Shown here: piece after piece, positions 38,749 through 47,713 of the stretch | Layout: each line of letters opens with the position of its first letter | Position numbering within the stretch: position 1 is the first letter of the stretch | Translations under genes and position numbers: made by a program | The notes under the pieces: generated by a model | The model's database searches: none | Seen by the model: the letters and a program-made list of their open reading frames with translations, nothing else | What the model was told of the DNA's origin: nothing | Source: Bacillota bacterium | GTDB taxonomy: Bacteria > Bacillota > Limnochordia > DTU080 | DNA: 64,000 bases | Direction: 5' to 3' | Assembly (NCBI GenBank): GCA_012840225.1 | Contig: DULU01000052.1 | Location: forward strand, 20,483-84,482

Positions 38749-40086
38749 ATGAAGAAGTTAGCATTAGCATTATGCTTGGTGTTGACCTGCAGTTTCCTGG
38801 CGTATGCCGAGACTGAGGTGAAAGTCGGGGTAGCCGGCGAGACCACCTGGACACCGGGCGCCATCGTGAAGACCGACGGACAAGGTTTAGTGCTGAAAGT
38901 GAACAGCAAGGGAGAAGGATGGACGGCAACGTATGACTCCATGACCCAGCGCTATAAGATCCGGGCCGGTGAAGGTCCCTTGCGCGTTGATCTCTGGGGT
39001 GCGGACAATGGGAATAAAATCCCGGAGCGTTTGTCCTATTTGCGGTCGGATTCCAACCTGAACTATATTCAGGGTAGTCAGGATTCCGCCGACAACAACT
39101 GGAAGATGCGCGTGAGCTACGACCATGACCTGGCCGACCTGGTCCTGGATTACGACAATGCCACCAACCAGGCTATCTTGGCGGCGCAGAAGAAAATCGC
39201 CGGCTTTGATTCCGCAGTGGCTATCCAGCGTTCCACCGATCCGACCAAAGATGAATCCATCATCGGCGGTTGGACAAGCGGTAAAATCGGTCCGGTGGGC
39301 GTAGTCGGCGTGGCCGCCGTGAAAGCCAACAACGGCGATACCACCGACGCCATGAGCATCGGTGCCAAAGCGACGTACACCATCAAGCCGCTAGATATCA
39401 ACACCATGGCTTATGTCTCCAAGCGCGGCAAGAATTTCGGCGATGTCACCACCCTTTACGCCGAAGCTTCGAAGAACATCATCAACGGTCTGGGTAATCT
39501 CTATGCTAAGGTGCAAAACGACACCAAAGCTTCCGACGGTACCGTCACCAACACCGTATATGGACGCGTCCGCCTGCGTGGCGACAGCGGCAGCAGCTAT
39601 GACTGGGATCTGGTCGACACCTACACCAGGCAGCTCGACTGGTTGAAGACCAAGACTTATGCCGGTCAGGTTTATGCCCAGAACACCACGACCAACGGGC
39701 AGACCACTCTGCAGCGGCTGTATGGTATTGCCACCGTCAAGATGGATGTCGGCAACGGCCTGTGGGTCAGACCCGAAGTCTATATTGAGCCGGTAAACTC
39801 CATCGACAAGAATACCGGTAAAGCGGTGACCAGAACGCTCGTCAACGGCAATGCTTACCTGAAGCTCACCGACCGGGTCTCCTTGGAGTCCAATGTCTCC
39901 TTTGAAAACAGGAACACCTTCACCAAGGGTCCGAGGACTGCGTATGGCGCCGCCGTCGGTTTCCAGATGGATCCCACGGATGCCCACATCCAGTCCGACA
40001 AGCAGGTTAAGCTGGCCTATAACTCCAGCACCGTGGACGAAGTGACCAACAACACCGCCACTTTGAGCTATATGCTGGTCTTCTGA
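38749..40086 (+). CDS. Predicted outer-membrane beta-barrel protein (paralog C)
   Basis: Signal peptide MKKLALALCLVLTCSFLAYA. C-terminus ATLSYMLVF. RBS TAGGGGGT 6 nt upstream of the ATG. Confidence 0.65.
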   Translation: MKKLALALCLVLTCSFLAYAETEVKVGVAGETTWTPGAIVKTDGQGLVLKVNSKGEGWTATYDSMTQRYKIRAGEGPLRVDLWGADNGNKIPERLSYLRSDSNLNYIQGSQDSADNNWKMRVSYDHDLADLVLDYDNATNQAILAAQKKIAGFDSAVAIQRSTDPTKDESIIGGWTSGKIGPVGVVGVAAVKANNGDTTDAMSIGAKATYTIKPLDINTMAYVSKRGKNFGDVTTLYAEASKNIINGLGNLYAKVQNDTKASDGTVTNTVYGRVRLRGDSGSSYDWDLVDTYTRQLDWLKTKTYAGQVYAQNTTTNGQTTLQRLYGIATVKMDVGNGLWVRPEVYIEPVNSIDKNTGKAVTRTLVNGNAYLKLTDRVSLESNVSFENRNTFTKGPRTAYGAAVGFQMDPTDAHIQSDKQVKLAYNSSTVDEVTNNTATLSYMLVF

Positions 40087-40167
40087 TAAGAAGATATTGC
40101 AGTTAGCCAAACAGATGGCCAAAGGGATTGCGAGGCTCTGGCCATAAGGCCATAGTCCTCCTGAAGT

Positions 40168-40212
40168 AAACCGCCGCCGCCGCAGCTGCTGCTGCGGCGG
40201 TTGGCGTTTGGG
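40168..40212 (+). terminator. Intrinsic terminator-like GC hairpin
   Basis: AACCGCCGCCGCCGCAGC-TGCT-GCTGCGGCGGTT followed by GGCGTTTGGG. Confidence 0.5.
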
Positions 40213-40289
40213 TGGATAGGCATAGCCGGCTGAGTTGTGTGGCGGCCGATTTGGGTCAAATGGAAATGGGGTGGGTGCTCATTTGCCTG

Positions 40290-40319
40290 TTGACGGGGGA
40301 ATAGGAGTAGTGGTATAGT
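40290..40319 (+). promoter_or_regulatory. Sigma-A-like promoter (TTGACG-N18-TATAGT) upstream of the 40453 gene
   Basis: -35 TTGACG (40290-40295), 18-nt spacer, -10 TATAGT (40314-40319), followed by an AT-rich ~130-nt leader. Confidence 0.45.
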
Positions 40320-40452
40320 AAAACTAACGTACTGATTGTCTTTGGGGAACAGATACAAAGATATTAAAAATAAATATAACCAAATAACTAACCTACATAA
40401 GCGGGGCGAAAGAGTGAGCGGAGCAAACCGGTCAGGCTGTCGGCAGCTTCTC

Positions 40453-42039
40453 ATGCTCATAAAGATCTTTTGGGTAGTGCTTGTTATGTCCGCTGTCGTG
40501 GTGTGGCGGGCGAAAGCGGCAGAGGTGCATGGCACGCTGGCACTGGAGGGCAGCTACAATCGCTTTACCGGGTGGCGATTTGCGGAAAGCGAAGCGAAGG
40601 TGACTTATAAGCCGGCTTGGTGGCGGAATGCCGAGTTGGCCATAACCTTCAAAGACAGCCGGGCAGCTCTGGGCTATAAGTGGCTCCTGGAAGATAAGGT
40701 TTGGCGCATCGCCACCTGGCAGGGGGTCTGTCGGGAGAGCGGTTGGCGGGATCCTTTTTCTTTGGTGTCGCTCAGCGGCGTTCCGGTGGCCCCTTGGCGC
40801 CTGCGCCTGGAGCACAAAACTTGGGGTCTTGGGAGCGATCTGGCCCCCTCGCATCATGCTCTGCACTGGCGGAAGAGTATGGGAAAAATGCGTATCGGCC
40901 TGCTTTTTACAGGTAGCGGTGCTGCGGCGGCGTCCTTACCTGACGACGATGAAGATGATGATGGGGAAAGTGATGAGCAAATCGGCGGCGATGGCGATGA
41001 TGAAGATGCCGATGATAACGGCAGTGTTGCCGCCGGAAGCTTATTCGGCGTAATATATGCCCGCTATGATAACGGCGGTTGGTATGGTGCTTTTTCGCTC
41101 GCCGGGAGCCGGGCGGGCGGGAGAGAAGCCGGGAGCGACGGCCAAACGCGGGGCGCTTATGCTTTTGAGCTCAGGCATAGAAGTGATCGCTTCTATATTT
41201 CCCTGGCGGATAAATATAAAGAAGCCGGCTTCAAAAATCCTGATAAACCCCTCAGCCGGGTAAGCAAATTCCGGGTAGGCTGGAGGATTGGAAATTTCAC
41301 CCTCTTCCTGGAGGAGAGGATAGAGGAGGAAGGTAAGCGGAAAAGATGGCAGGAACTGGCTTTGGGTGTGCGTCCCAAGGCCAGGGCCGGCCCCCTGTCT
41401 ACCTTGATCACGGAGCGCCTGGTGGCCGCCGGGGGACCACTCTCCTGGTTGGTGCGCTGGGAAAGGTTGGTAGCGCCATCTTCCCGGTGGACCATGCAGG
41501 TGGAAGTGCGCGGCCCCTGGCGATCCGGCAGCCAGGGTGATAGCCAAGGCGGCAGCCAGGGTGGCAGCCAAGGTGGTAGCCAAGGTGGTAGCCAAGGCGG
41601 CAGCCAAGGTGGTAGTCAGGGTGGCAGTCTGGGCGGCAGTCTGGGCGGCGGCTGGGGCTGGCGGCTGGTTTTGGCCGAAAACAGGGATACCTGGCTCAAC
41701 TGGTATGTCACCTTGCCGGGCGGGAAGAGGGTGCTCACCAAATATTCGGTAATGGCCTGGAAGACGGCCATTCTCTACCAGTTGGTGCTCCCCGGAGGCC
41801 GGCAAGTGGGAGGTGAGTTGGCCGGCGGCGCCGAATACCGGGACCGTGACCCACCGGCAGTCCCACCTGCTCTTATGATCAGCGGTACCTGGTGGTCATG
41901 GAAGGTGAAGGCCGCCAAAAAACTGAATGACCGGATAACGCTCGCTTGGGAATATGAGCACCTATATGCCGATGATCTGCCGGCCGGGGCGGTCTGGCGC
42001 GAAAGTGGGCAAAAATGGCATTTGCTGTGGCAGTTTTAA
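40453..42039 (+). CDS. Secreted beta-rich protein with (GGSQG)n and acidic tracts, C-terminal beta-signal-like ...LLWQF (putative OM protein)
   Basis: Signal-like MLIKIFWVVLVMSAVVVWRAKAAEV. Poly-acidic DDDEDDDGESDEQIGGDGDDEDADDNG. Ten-plus GGSQG repeats. Terminal Phe with W at -3 and L at -5. The start is uncertain (ORF opens at 40336). Confidence 0.5.
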   Translation: MLIKIFWVVLVMSAVVVWRAKAAEVHGTLALEGSYNRFTGWRFAESEAKVTYKPAWWRNAELAITFKDSRAALGYKWLLEDKVWRIATWQGVCRESGWRDPFSLVSLSGVPVAPWRLRLEHKTWGLGSDLAPSHHALHWRKSMGKMRIGLLFTGSGAAAASLPDDDEDDDGESDEQIGGDGDDEDADDNGSVAAGSLFGVIYARYDNGGWYGAFSLAGSRAGGREAGSDGQTRGAYAFELRHRSDRFYISLADKYKEAGFKNPDKPLSRVSKFRVGWRIGNFTLFLEERIEEEGKRKRWQELALGVRPKARAGPLSTLITERLVAAGGPLSWLVRWERLVAPSSRWTMQVEVRGPWRSGSQGDSQGGSQGGSQGGSQGGSQGGSQGGSQGGSLGGSLGGGWGWRLVLAENRDTWLNWYVTLPGGKRVLTKYSVMAWKTAILYQLVLPGGRQVGGELAGGAEYRDRDPPAVPPALMISGTWWSWKVKAAKKLNDRITLAWEYEHLYADDLPAGAVWRESGQKWHLLWQF

Positions 42040-42304
42040 TCTCCGGACAGCGAATGGATTTTTTCGTCAGAAGCAGGGATTAAACCGATTTTCACCAAAT
42101 CATCCATTAAAGCAGGAAGGCGGCGGGTGATGGCGAAATATCGGTATGTGCCCCGGTGTGTGCGTTGCACCGAGCACCGGGCGGATTGCCGGCCTGCCGT
42201 TTTAGAGACGGAGATCAAGGCAGTAGAGCCCTGAACAGGACTCAGGTTCAGGGGTGCCAAGAATGAGTCTCGGCTGTAAGGCCGAAAGGAGGAGGAGCCA
42301 CGCT

Positions 42305-43414
42305 GTGGCACAAGTAATTCTTCAACATGTTACCAAGAGATTTGGTAACGTCATCGCTGTCAACGACGCTACTCTTGAAGTCAGGGACCGGGAATTTATG
42401 GTTTTGGTAGGTCCGTCAGGTTGCGGTAAGTCTACCACCTTGCGCATGGTAGCCGGGTTGGAGGATGTCACCGAAGGGAATATTTATATCGGTGAGACTC
42501 TGGTAAACAACATCCCGCCCAAAGACCGGGACATTGCCATGGTGTTCCAGAACTATGCTCTATACCCGCATATGGACGTATACAACAACATGGCTTTCGG
42601 TCTGAAGCTGCGCAAGTTCCCCAGAGCGGAAATCGATCGCCGGGTGCGTGAGCATGCCCGCCTGTTGGGCATCGAAAACTTGCTCGACCGCAAGCCGACC
42701 CAGCTCTCCGGCGGCCAGAAGCAGCGCGTGGCCGTAGGTCGGGCTATTGTGCGTGAGCCCAAGGTGTTCTTGATGGACGAGCCTCTGTCCAACCTGGACG
42801 CTTTGCTCCGGGTGCAGATGCGCGCCGAGCTTTCCAAGATTCATGCCCGCTTGCAGACCACTGCTATTTACGTGACCCACGACCAGACAGAAGCCATGAC
42901 CATGGGCGACAGGATCTGCGTGCTGAAAGACGGCGTCATTCAGCAGGTGGGACCGCCGCTGGAGATCTATGATCATCCGGTTAATGTCTTCGTCGCCGGC
43001 TTCATCGGCAACCCGCCCATGAACTTCGTCAACGGCTTCCTGAAGAAGGAAGGCGACAACTACATCTTCGATGCCAACGGCGCCTTCAGGGTGACCATCC
43101 ATCCGGACCGGGCGCGGCAGATCAAGAATATCGGCGCCTATGTCGACAAGGAAGTGATCCTGGGCATCAGGCCTGAGGATATCGACGATGCCAAAATTCA
43201 TCCCGGCGACGAGAGCAATACGGTAATTGCCATGGTCGACGTGGTCGAGCCGATGGGTGCCGAAAGCCTGATCTACCTGTCGAAAGGCGAAGCCCAGCTG
43301 GTGGCCAAAGTCGACCCGCACAGTGATGCCGAGGACGGAGTGGAGCATCCGGTGCGCCTGAACATGAAGAAGGTCCATATCTTCGACAAGGATACCGAGC
43401 AAGTCGTGGTGTGA
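42305..43414 (+). CDS. msmX: Sugar ABC transporter ATP-binding protein (MsmX/UgpC/MalK type)
   Basis: Near-identical core to B. subtilis MsmX (FMVLVGPSGCGKSTTLRMVAGLE...AMVFQNYALYPHM.VY.N.AFGLKLRK...LSGGQKQRVAVGRAIVREP). Solitary ATPase, as msmX often is. GTG start with AGGAGG upstream. Confidence 0.85.
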   Translation: MAQVILQHVTKRFGNVIAVNDATLEVRDREFMVLVGPSGCGKSTTLRMVAGLEDVTEGNIYIGETLVNNIPPKDRDIAMVFQNYALYPHMDVYNNMAFGLKLRKFPRAEIDRRVREHARLLGIENLLDRKPTQLSGGQKQRVAVGRAIVREPKVFLMDEPLSNLDALLRVQMRAELSKIHARLQTTAIYVTHDQTEAMTMGDRICVLKDGVIQQVGPPLEIYDHPVNVFVAGFIGNPPMNFVNGFLKKEGDNYIFDANGAFRVTIHPDRARQIKNIGAYVDKEVILGIRPEDIDDAKIHPGDESNTVIAMVDVVEPMGAESLIYLSKGEAQLVAKVDPHSDAEDGVEHPVRLNMKKVHIFDKDTEQVVV

Positions 43415-43475
43415 GTGTGAGGCCGCCCGGGTGAGTCTACCGGCCGCTTGAGCGACCAATTTGCGACAGTTCACC

Positions 43476-43510
43476 AAAAGGAGCTGGGTTGTGGCCCGGC
43501 TCCTTTTAGC
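43476..43510 (+). terminator. Rho-independent terminator after msmX
   Basis: AAAGGAGC-tgggttgtggcccg-GCTCCTTT followed by TAGC. Confidence 0.55.
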
Positions 43511-43588
43511 AAAGGGCACACCGTGAAATAATAGTGGAATACTATTGGTAGTGTTGATGACGATGATGATGAAGGGGTCGATAGGAAA

Positions 43589-44689
43589 ATGACGGGCAAG
43601 GCTGACAAGGCTAATCTCGACAACCTGGAATGGCTGGCGGAGCGGGATCCGAGCGGTATGCTCTCCCTGGTGGAGGGTCTGCCTGCCCAATGCCGGGAAG
43701 CCGAGCGCATTGCCCGCAGCCACCCTCTTCCTGACTGGCCCCGGCCGGAACATGTGGTGGTGCTCGGTATGGGCGGATCAGCTATCGGGGGGGATCTGAT
43801 CCGGGCTCTCGCCGAGTCTGAAGCCGGTGTGCCGGTGCTGGTGAACAGAGATTACAGCCTGCCCCGCTTTGTGGGGCCGGGCAGTCTGGTGATTGCTTCC
43901 AGCTATTCGGGGAACACCGAGGAGACCCTAAGCGCCTATAGGCAAGCCAGGGAGCGGGGTGCCAAAATAGTGGCCATATGTACCGGTGGCGAGCTGGCCA
44001 GGTTGGCGGCGGCTGACGGCTTTCCCATGATCCGCATTCCCGGCGGGTTGATGCCCAGGGCGGCCATCGGCTATTCCTTTGTGCCTCTGCTGGTCCTCTT
44101 TGAAAGGCTGGGCTTCCTGCCCGGTCAGAGAGAAGCTCTGGCCGAGATGTATCAGGTGCTGGAGGAGCAGGCCGGACAATTCGGACGCTCGAGCCCCGTG
44201 TCCGCCAACCCCGTATCCGCCAATCCGGTCAAGGAGTTGGCCTGGAAGCTCGTCGGGTGCATACCTTTGGTGATCGGCTCGCAGGGCTGGAAAGGCACGG
44301 TGGCCTACAGATGGAAATGCCAGATCAACGAGAATGCCAAAGCGCCGGCCTTTTGGAATGTATTTCCCGAAATGAACCATAACGAAACAGTCGGCTTTGA
44401 AGCCCCGGAAGAGCTGGTCCGCAGGATACATGTAATATTATTGCGTGATGAGGAGGATCCGCCGCAGATCGCCAGGCGGGTTGATGTGACGAAGGAACTC
44501 CTGTCCGGGCGGGTGGCCGGAATCACGGAGTTTTACACCCGGGGGAAATCGGCGGTGGCCAAGCTGTTTTCGCTGGTATATCCCGGTGATTTCACCAGCG
44601 TCTATTTAGCCTGCCTGCATGGAGTGGATCCCACACCGATCAAAGCCATCGATCGGCTGAAAGCAGAGCTGTCCAAAGTGAAGGGGTAA
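43589..44689 (+). CDS. Bifunctional phosphoglucose/phosphomannose isomerase (SIS-domain PGI/PMI family)
   Basis: VVLGMGGSAIGGDL and ASSYSGNTEETL SIS motifs. ~365 aa, the typical length for this family. Confidence 0.7.
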   Translation: MTGKADKANLDNLEWLAERDPSGMLSLVEGLPAQCREAERIARSHPLPDWPRPEHVVVLGMGGSAIGGDLIRALAESEAGVPVLVNRDYSLPRFVGPGSLVIASSYSGNTEETLSAYRQARERGAKIVAICTGGELARLAAADGFPMIRIPGGLMPRAAIGYSFVPLLVLFERLGFLPGQREALAEMYQVLEEQAGQFGRSSPVSANPVSANPVKELAWKLVGCIPLVIGSQGWKGTVAYRWKCQINENAKAPAFWNVFPEMNHNETVGFEAPEELVRRIHVILLRDEEDPPQIARRVDVTKELLSGRVAGITEFYTRGKSAVAKLFSLVYPGDFTSVYLACLHGVDPTPIKAIDRLKAELSKVKG

Positions 44690-44721
44690 TCTGTATGCCG
44701 TACAGAAACGGGGGGTAGCTC

Positions 44722-45009
44722 TTGAGGAAACGGCGACGTATCACGATTTATCTGCCTGAGAGTTTGCTGTATGAGATCGGACTGGTGATGCGCCAGACCA
44801 AGACCTGTCGCTGCCGCAGCGAGTTCATTCGCATGGGAATGGAACATTATGTGCAGGAGCAAAAAGAGGTGCACCGCCGGCTCGTCCTCCAGAATCGCCT
44901 GGCGGTGGGATATCAGATGATGGGGGCTCTCAATCTGGAATTGGCTGCGGAAGCAGACGACGATGCCGGCTGGCAGGATTACGAACAGGCTTTAGCGGAG
45001 GTAGAGTGA
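44722..45009 (+). CDS. ndoAI: Antitoxin EndoAI/MazE-like (ribbon-helix-helix)
   Basis: RITIYLPESLLYEI RHH N-terminus. Immediately precedes the MazF/EndoA toxin with a 4-nt gap. TTG start with GGGGGG RBS. Confidence 0.65.
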   Translation: MRKRRRITIYLPESLLYEIGLVMRQTKTCRCRSEFIRMGMEHYVQEQKEVHRRLVLQNRLAVGYQMMGALNLELAAEADDDAGWQDYEQALAEVE

Positions 45010-45012
45010 TAT

Positions 45013-45366
45013 TTGTTGGAGGTGCGCAGAGGCGATATCGTTTACGCAAATTTAAACCCGGTGATCGGTTCCGAGCAGGGAGGGACCAGGCCGGTGCTGG
45101 TGTTGCAAAACGACATCGGCAATCGCTTTAGCCCTACCACGATTGTGGCGGCCATCACATCCAAAATCAGGAAGGCGAAGCTACCCACCCACGTTGAGCT
45201 GAAGGCGGGGCACTATGGGCTGGAAAAGGACTCGGTGGTCCTTCTGGAGCAGCTCAGGACGATTGACAAGCGGCGGCTGAAGGAAAGCATCGCCCATTTG
45301 GATGAGAAAACCATGGAAAAGGTGAATCATGGTCTGGCTATAAGCGTGGGGCTGATCGAAATTTAA
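45013..45366 (+). CDS. ndoA: mRNA interferase toxin EndoA (MazF/PemK family)
   Basis: [58 protein letters not shown]...[16 protein letters not shown] is highly similar to B. subtilis EndoA (YdcE). Confidence 0.85.
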   Translation: MLEVRRGDIVYANLNPVIGSEQGGTRPVLVLQNDIGNRFSPTTIVAAITSKIRKAKLPTHVELKAGHYGLEKDSVVLLEQLRTIDKRRLKESIAHLDEKTMEKVNHGLAISVGLIEI

Positions 45367-45511
45367 GATAAATAAGTATAGTCATTCCCAGGCCAGGGCC
45401 GCCGGCACAGCGATGTGCCGGCACTGCAGTTATTATTAGTAATTTATGGTAAGGTATTATTGTGTCCGAAGGCAGAGTGAAAATGAAAGTGGAAGGGGAA
45501 GGGGCGACGCC

Positions 45512-46288
45512 TTGCATCCAGTAGTATTATTGTCTGCCGGGGTAGACAGCGACGGGCAGAGATATGGTGGGCCGTTGATATATATTGAAGCGATAGTCAG
45601 AGCCGGAGGGGCGGCTTTGGTGGTACCGCCGGGGCAAAAAAGAGAAGTGATCGCCGACCTGTGCGAGCTGGCCGACGCCGTTTTGCTTCCGGGCGGTGTC
45701 GATGTGGATCCGAATTTATATAATGAAGAGCCCCTGAAGGTCAACGGGCGGATAGATCCTTATGCGGATGAAGTGGACATGCTGCTGGCCCGGCATGCCT
45801 TGACCACGGGAAAGCCGCTTTTGGCCATCTGCCGCGGCTGTCAGGTGATGAATGTAGCTGCCGGCGGCAGCCTGATCCAGGATATATATGCACAGAAATA
45901 TACCGAAAAGCAGCATACGCAAAATGCCCCTCGTTGGTACGCCACCCATCTGATTGATATTGTGAAGGGAAGTCTGTTACATAATGTGCTTGGGGTGGAG
46001 CGCCTGCCGGTAAACAGTTTCCATCATCAGGCGGTGCGTAGCCCCGGGAAAGGGTTGGTGGTGGCGGCCCGGGCTGAAGATGGGATAATTGAGGCGATTG
46101 AGTGCCCGGAGCACCCCTTTGCCATTGGGGTGCAATGGCACCCTGAAGCGATGGCGGGGAGGAACGCCGTGCAGCAGCAGCTTTTCGACCGGTTTGTGGC
46201 GGCGGCGACGGCGGAGAAGGAGAAGAGGATGAGGGAGAGGGAGAGAGTGCTGGGGAAGGCGAGCGATAGGGGGGAGGCGGCCATATGA
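45512..46288 (+). CDS. Gamma-glutamyl-gamma-aminobutyrate hydrolase family protein (class I glutamine amidotransferase, peptidase C26)
   Basis: LLAICRGCQVMNVAAGGSL (catalytic Cys) ... VQWHPE (His/Glu). TTG start with GGAAGGGG RBS. Confidence 0.65.
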   Translation: MHPVVLLSAGVDSDGQRYGGPLIYIEAIVRAGGAALVVPPGQKREVIADLCELADAVLLPGGVDVDPNLYNEEPLKVNGRIDPYADEVDMLLARHALTTGKPLLAICRGCQVMNVAAGGSLIQDIYAQKYTEKQHTQNAPRWYATHLIDIVKGSLLHNVLGVERLPVNSFHHQAVRSPGKGLVVAARAEDGIIEAIECPEHPFAIGVQWHPEAMAGRNAVQQQLFDRFVAAATAEKEKRMRERERVLGKASDRGEAAI

Positions 46289-47328
46289 GCGAAGTGGCGG
46301 TTCATGTCGTCCGGGGCGGCCTGGTGGAAAGCCGCCATCATCTCTCCCTGGCGATCTGCACGCCGTCCGGAGAGTTGCTGGCTTCCTGCGGCAATCCTGA
46401 ACGCCTCACCTTCTGGCGGTCGGCAGCCAAACCGGTACAGCTATTGCCGCTCGTGGCGGCGGGAGGAGCAGAGCACTTCGGCTTTACCGCCCATGAGCTC
46501 GCCGTGATGGCCGGGTCGCATAGCGGTGAGAAACCTCATGTGGAGGCTGTCCAGTCCATACTGCGCAAGATCGGTTTGGATCAGGAACATCTGCGCTGCG
46601 GCATTCATACGCCCAGCAGCCGGGCGGCGGCGGAAGAGCTGGCGAGAAGCGGCCGGGCGCCAAGCCAGCTGCATTGCAATTGCTCCGGCAAACATGCCGC
46701 CATGCTGGCGCTGGCTGTTTTGAAAGGCTGGCCGACGGCCGGTTACATAGAGATGAATCACCCGGTGCAACAGGAAATGTTGGCGGTGGTGGCGGCGGTG
46801 ACCGGGGTGCCGGCCGAGGTCATACCTGTGGCGGTGGACGGCTGCGGCGTGGTCACCTTTATGATCAGCCTGAGGGCTATGGCCCAGGCCTATGCCAGGC
46901 TCGCCACAGGGGAGGAACTGCCAAGAGCTCCAGGGTGGCGGGAGGCGGCGGCGCGGGTCTCGGAGGCCATGCGGACGCACCCCCATATGGTGGCGGGTAC
47001 GGGGCAGTTGGTTACCTCCCTGATGGCGGCTACCGGCGGGCGGCTCGTGGTAAAAAGCGGGGCGGAAGGTTTGATATGCGTGGGACTTCCCGAGCGAGCC
47101 TGGGGGTTGGCGCTGAGGATCGAGGACGGCAGCAGCCGGGCGGTGGGTCCGGCGGTGATTGAATTGCTGCGCCGCCTGGGAGCGGTGAGCGATGAGGAGG
47201 CCGGCTCACTGGCAGATTGGCATCGGCCGGAGATCCGCAATTTTTCCGGCAGGGTGGTAGGCTTGATCGAGGCGGTGTTTCCCGAACCGCTGGCCGCTGC
47301 TTTGGCCAGGCTGCGGGCCGGGTTGTAA
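46285..47328 (+). CDS. Asparaginase II family protein (PF06089-like)
   Basis: VHVVRGGLVESRHH...TFWRSAAKPVQ...GSHSGE..H...CSGKHAAMLA pattern typical of the L-asparaginase II family. Confidence 0.6.
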   Translation: MSEVAVHVVRGGLVESRHHLSLAICTPSGELLASCGNPERLTFWRSAAKPVQLLPLVAAGGAEHFGFTAHELAVMAGSHSGEKPHVEAVQSILRKIGLDQEHLRCGIHTPSSRAAAEELARSGRAPSQLHCNCSGKHAAMLALAVLKGWPTAGYIEMNHPVQQEMLAVVAAVTGVPAEVIPVAVDGCGVVTFMISLRAMAQAYARLATGEELPRAPGWREAAARVSEAMRTHPHMVAGTGQLVTSLMAATGGRLVVKSGAEGLICVGLPERAWGLALRIEDGSSRAVGPAVIELLRRLGAVSDEEAGSLADWHRPEIRNFSGRVVGLIEAVFPEPLAAALARLRAGL

Positions 47329-47338
47329 GGAGGCAGGC

Positions 47339-47713
47339 GTGATGCCGACGTTGATGCTGGTAGACGATGACGTGTCGGTGCGGGAGGTTTTGCGGGATTA
47401 TATACAGCTCTACTGCCCACAGTTTATAATAACTGCCGAGGCCGGCGATGGAGAGGAAGCAGTTCTCCTGGCGGAGCGCCACAAACCGGACGTGATATTG
47501 ATGGATGTGCGCATGCCGGTCCTGGATGGTATCGAAGCCACCCGCCGCATCAAGCAGGAGTTGGGCCTCGCCAGTTCGGTCATCACCTTTACCAGCTATG
47601 CCTACCCGGAGCTTGAGAGCGAGGCAAAAAAGGTGGGCGCTTTGCATCACCTGCGTAAGCCGTTCACCCTCGATGAGTTACAGAATGTGTTGACGTCAGT
47701 GGTGAAAGTATAA
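47339..47713 (+). CDS. Stand-alone response-regulator receiver (REC) domain protein
   Basis: LMLVDDDVSVREVL...PDVILMDVRMPVLDGIEATRRIK...K(P)F. Only 124 aa, with no output domain. Confidence 0.7.
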   Translation: MMPTLMLVDDDVSVREVLRDYIQLYCPQFIITAEAGDGEEAVLLAERHKPDVILMDVRMPVLDGIEATRRIKQELGLASSVITFTSYAYPELESEAKKVGALHHLRKPFTLDELQNVLTSVVKV

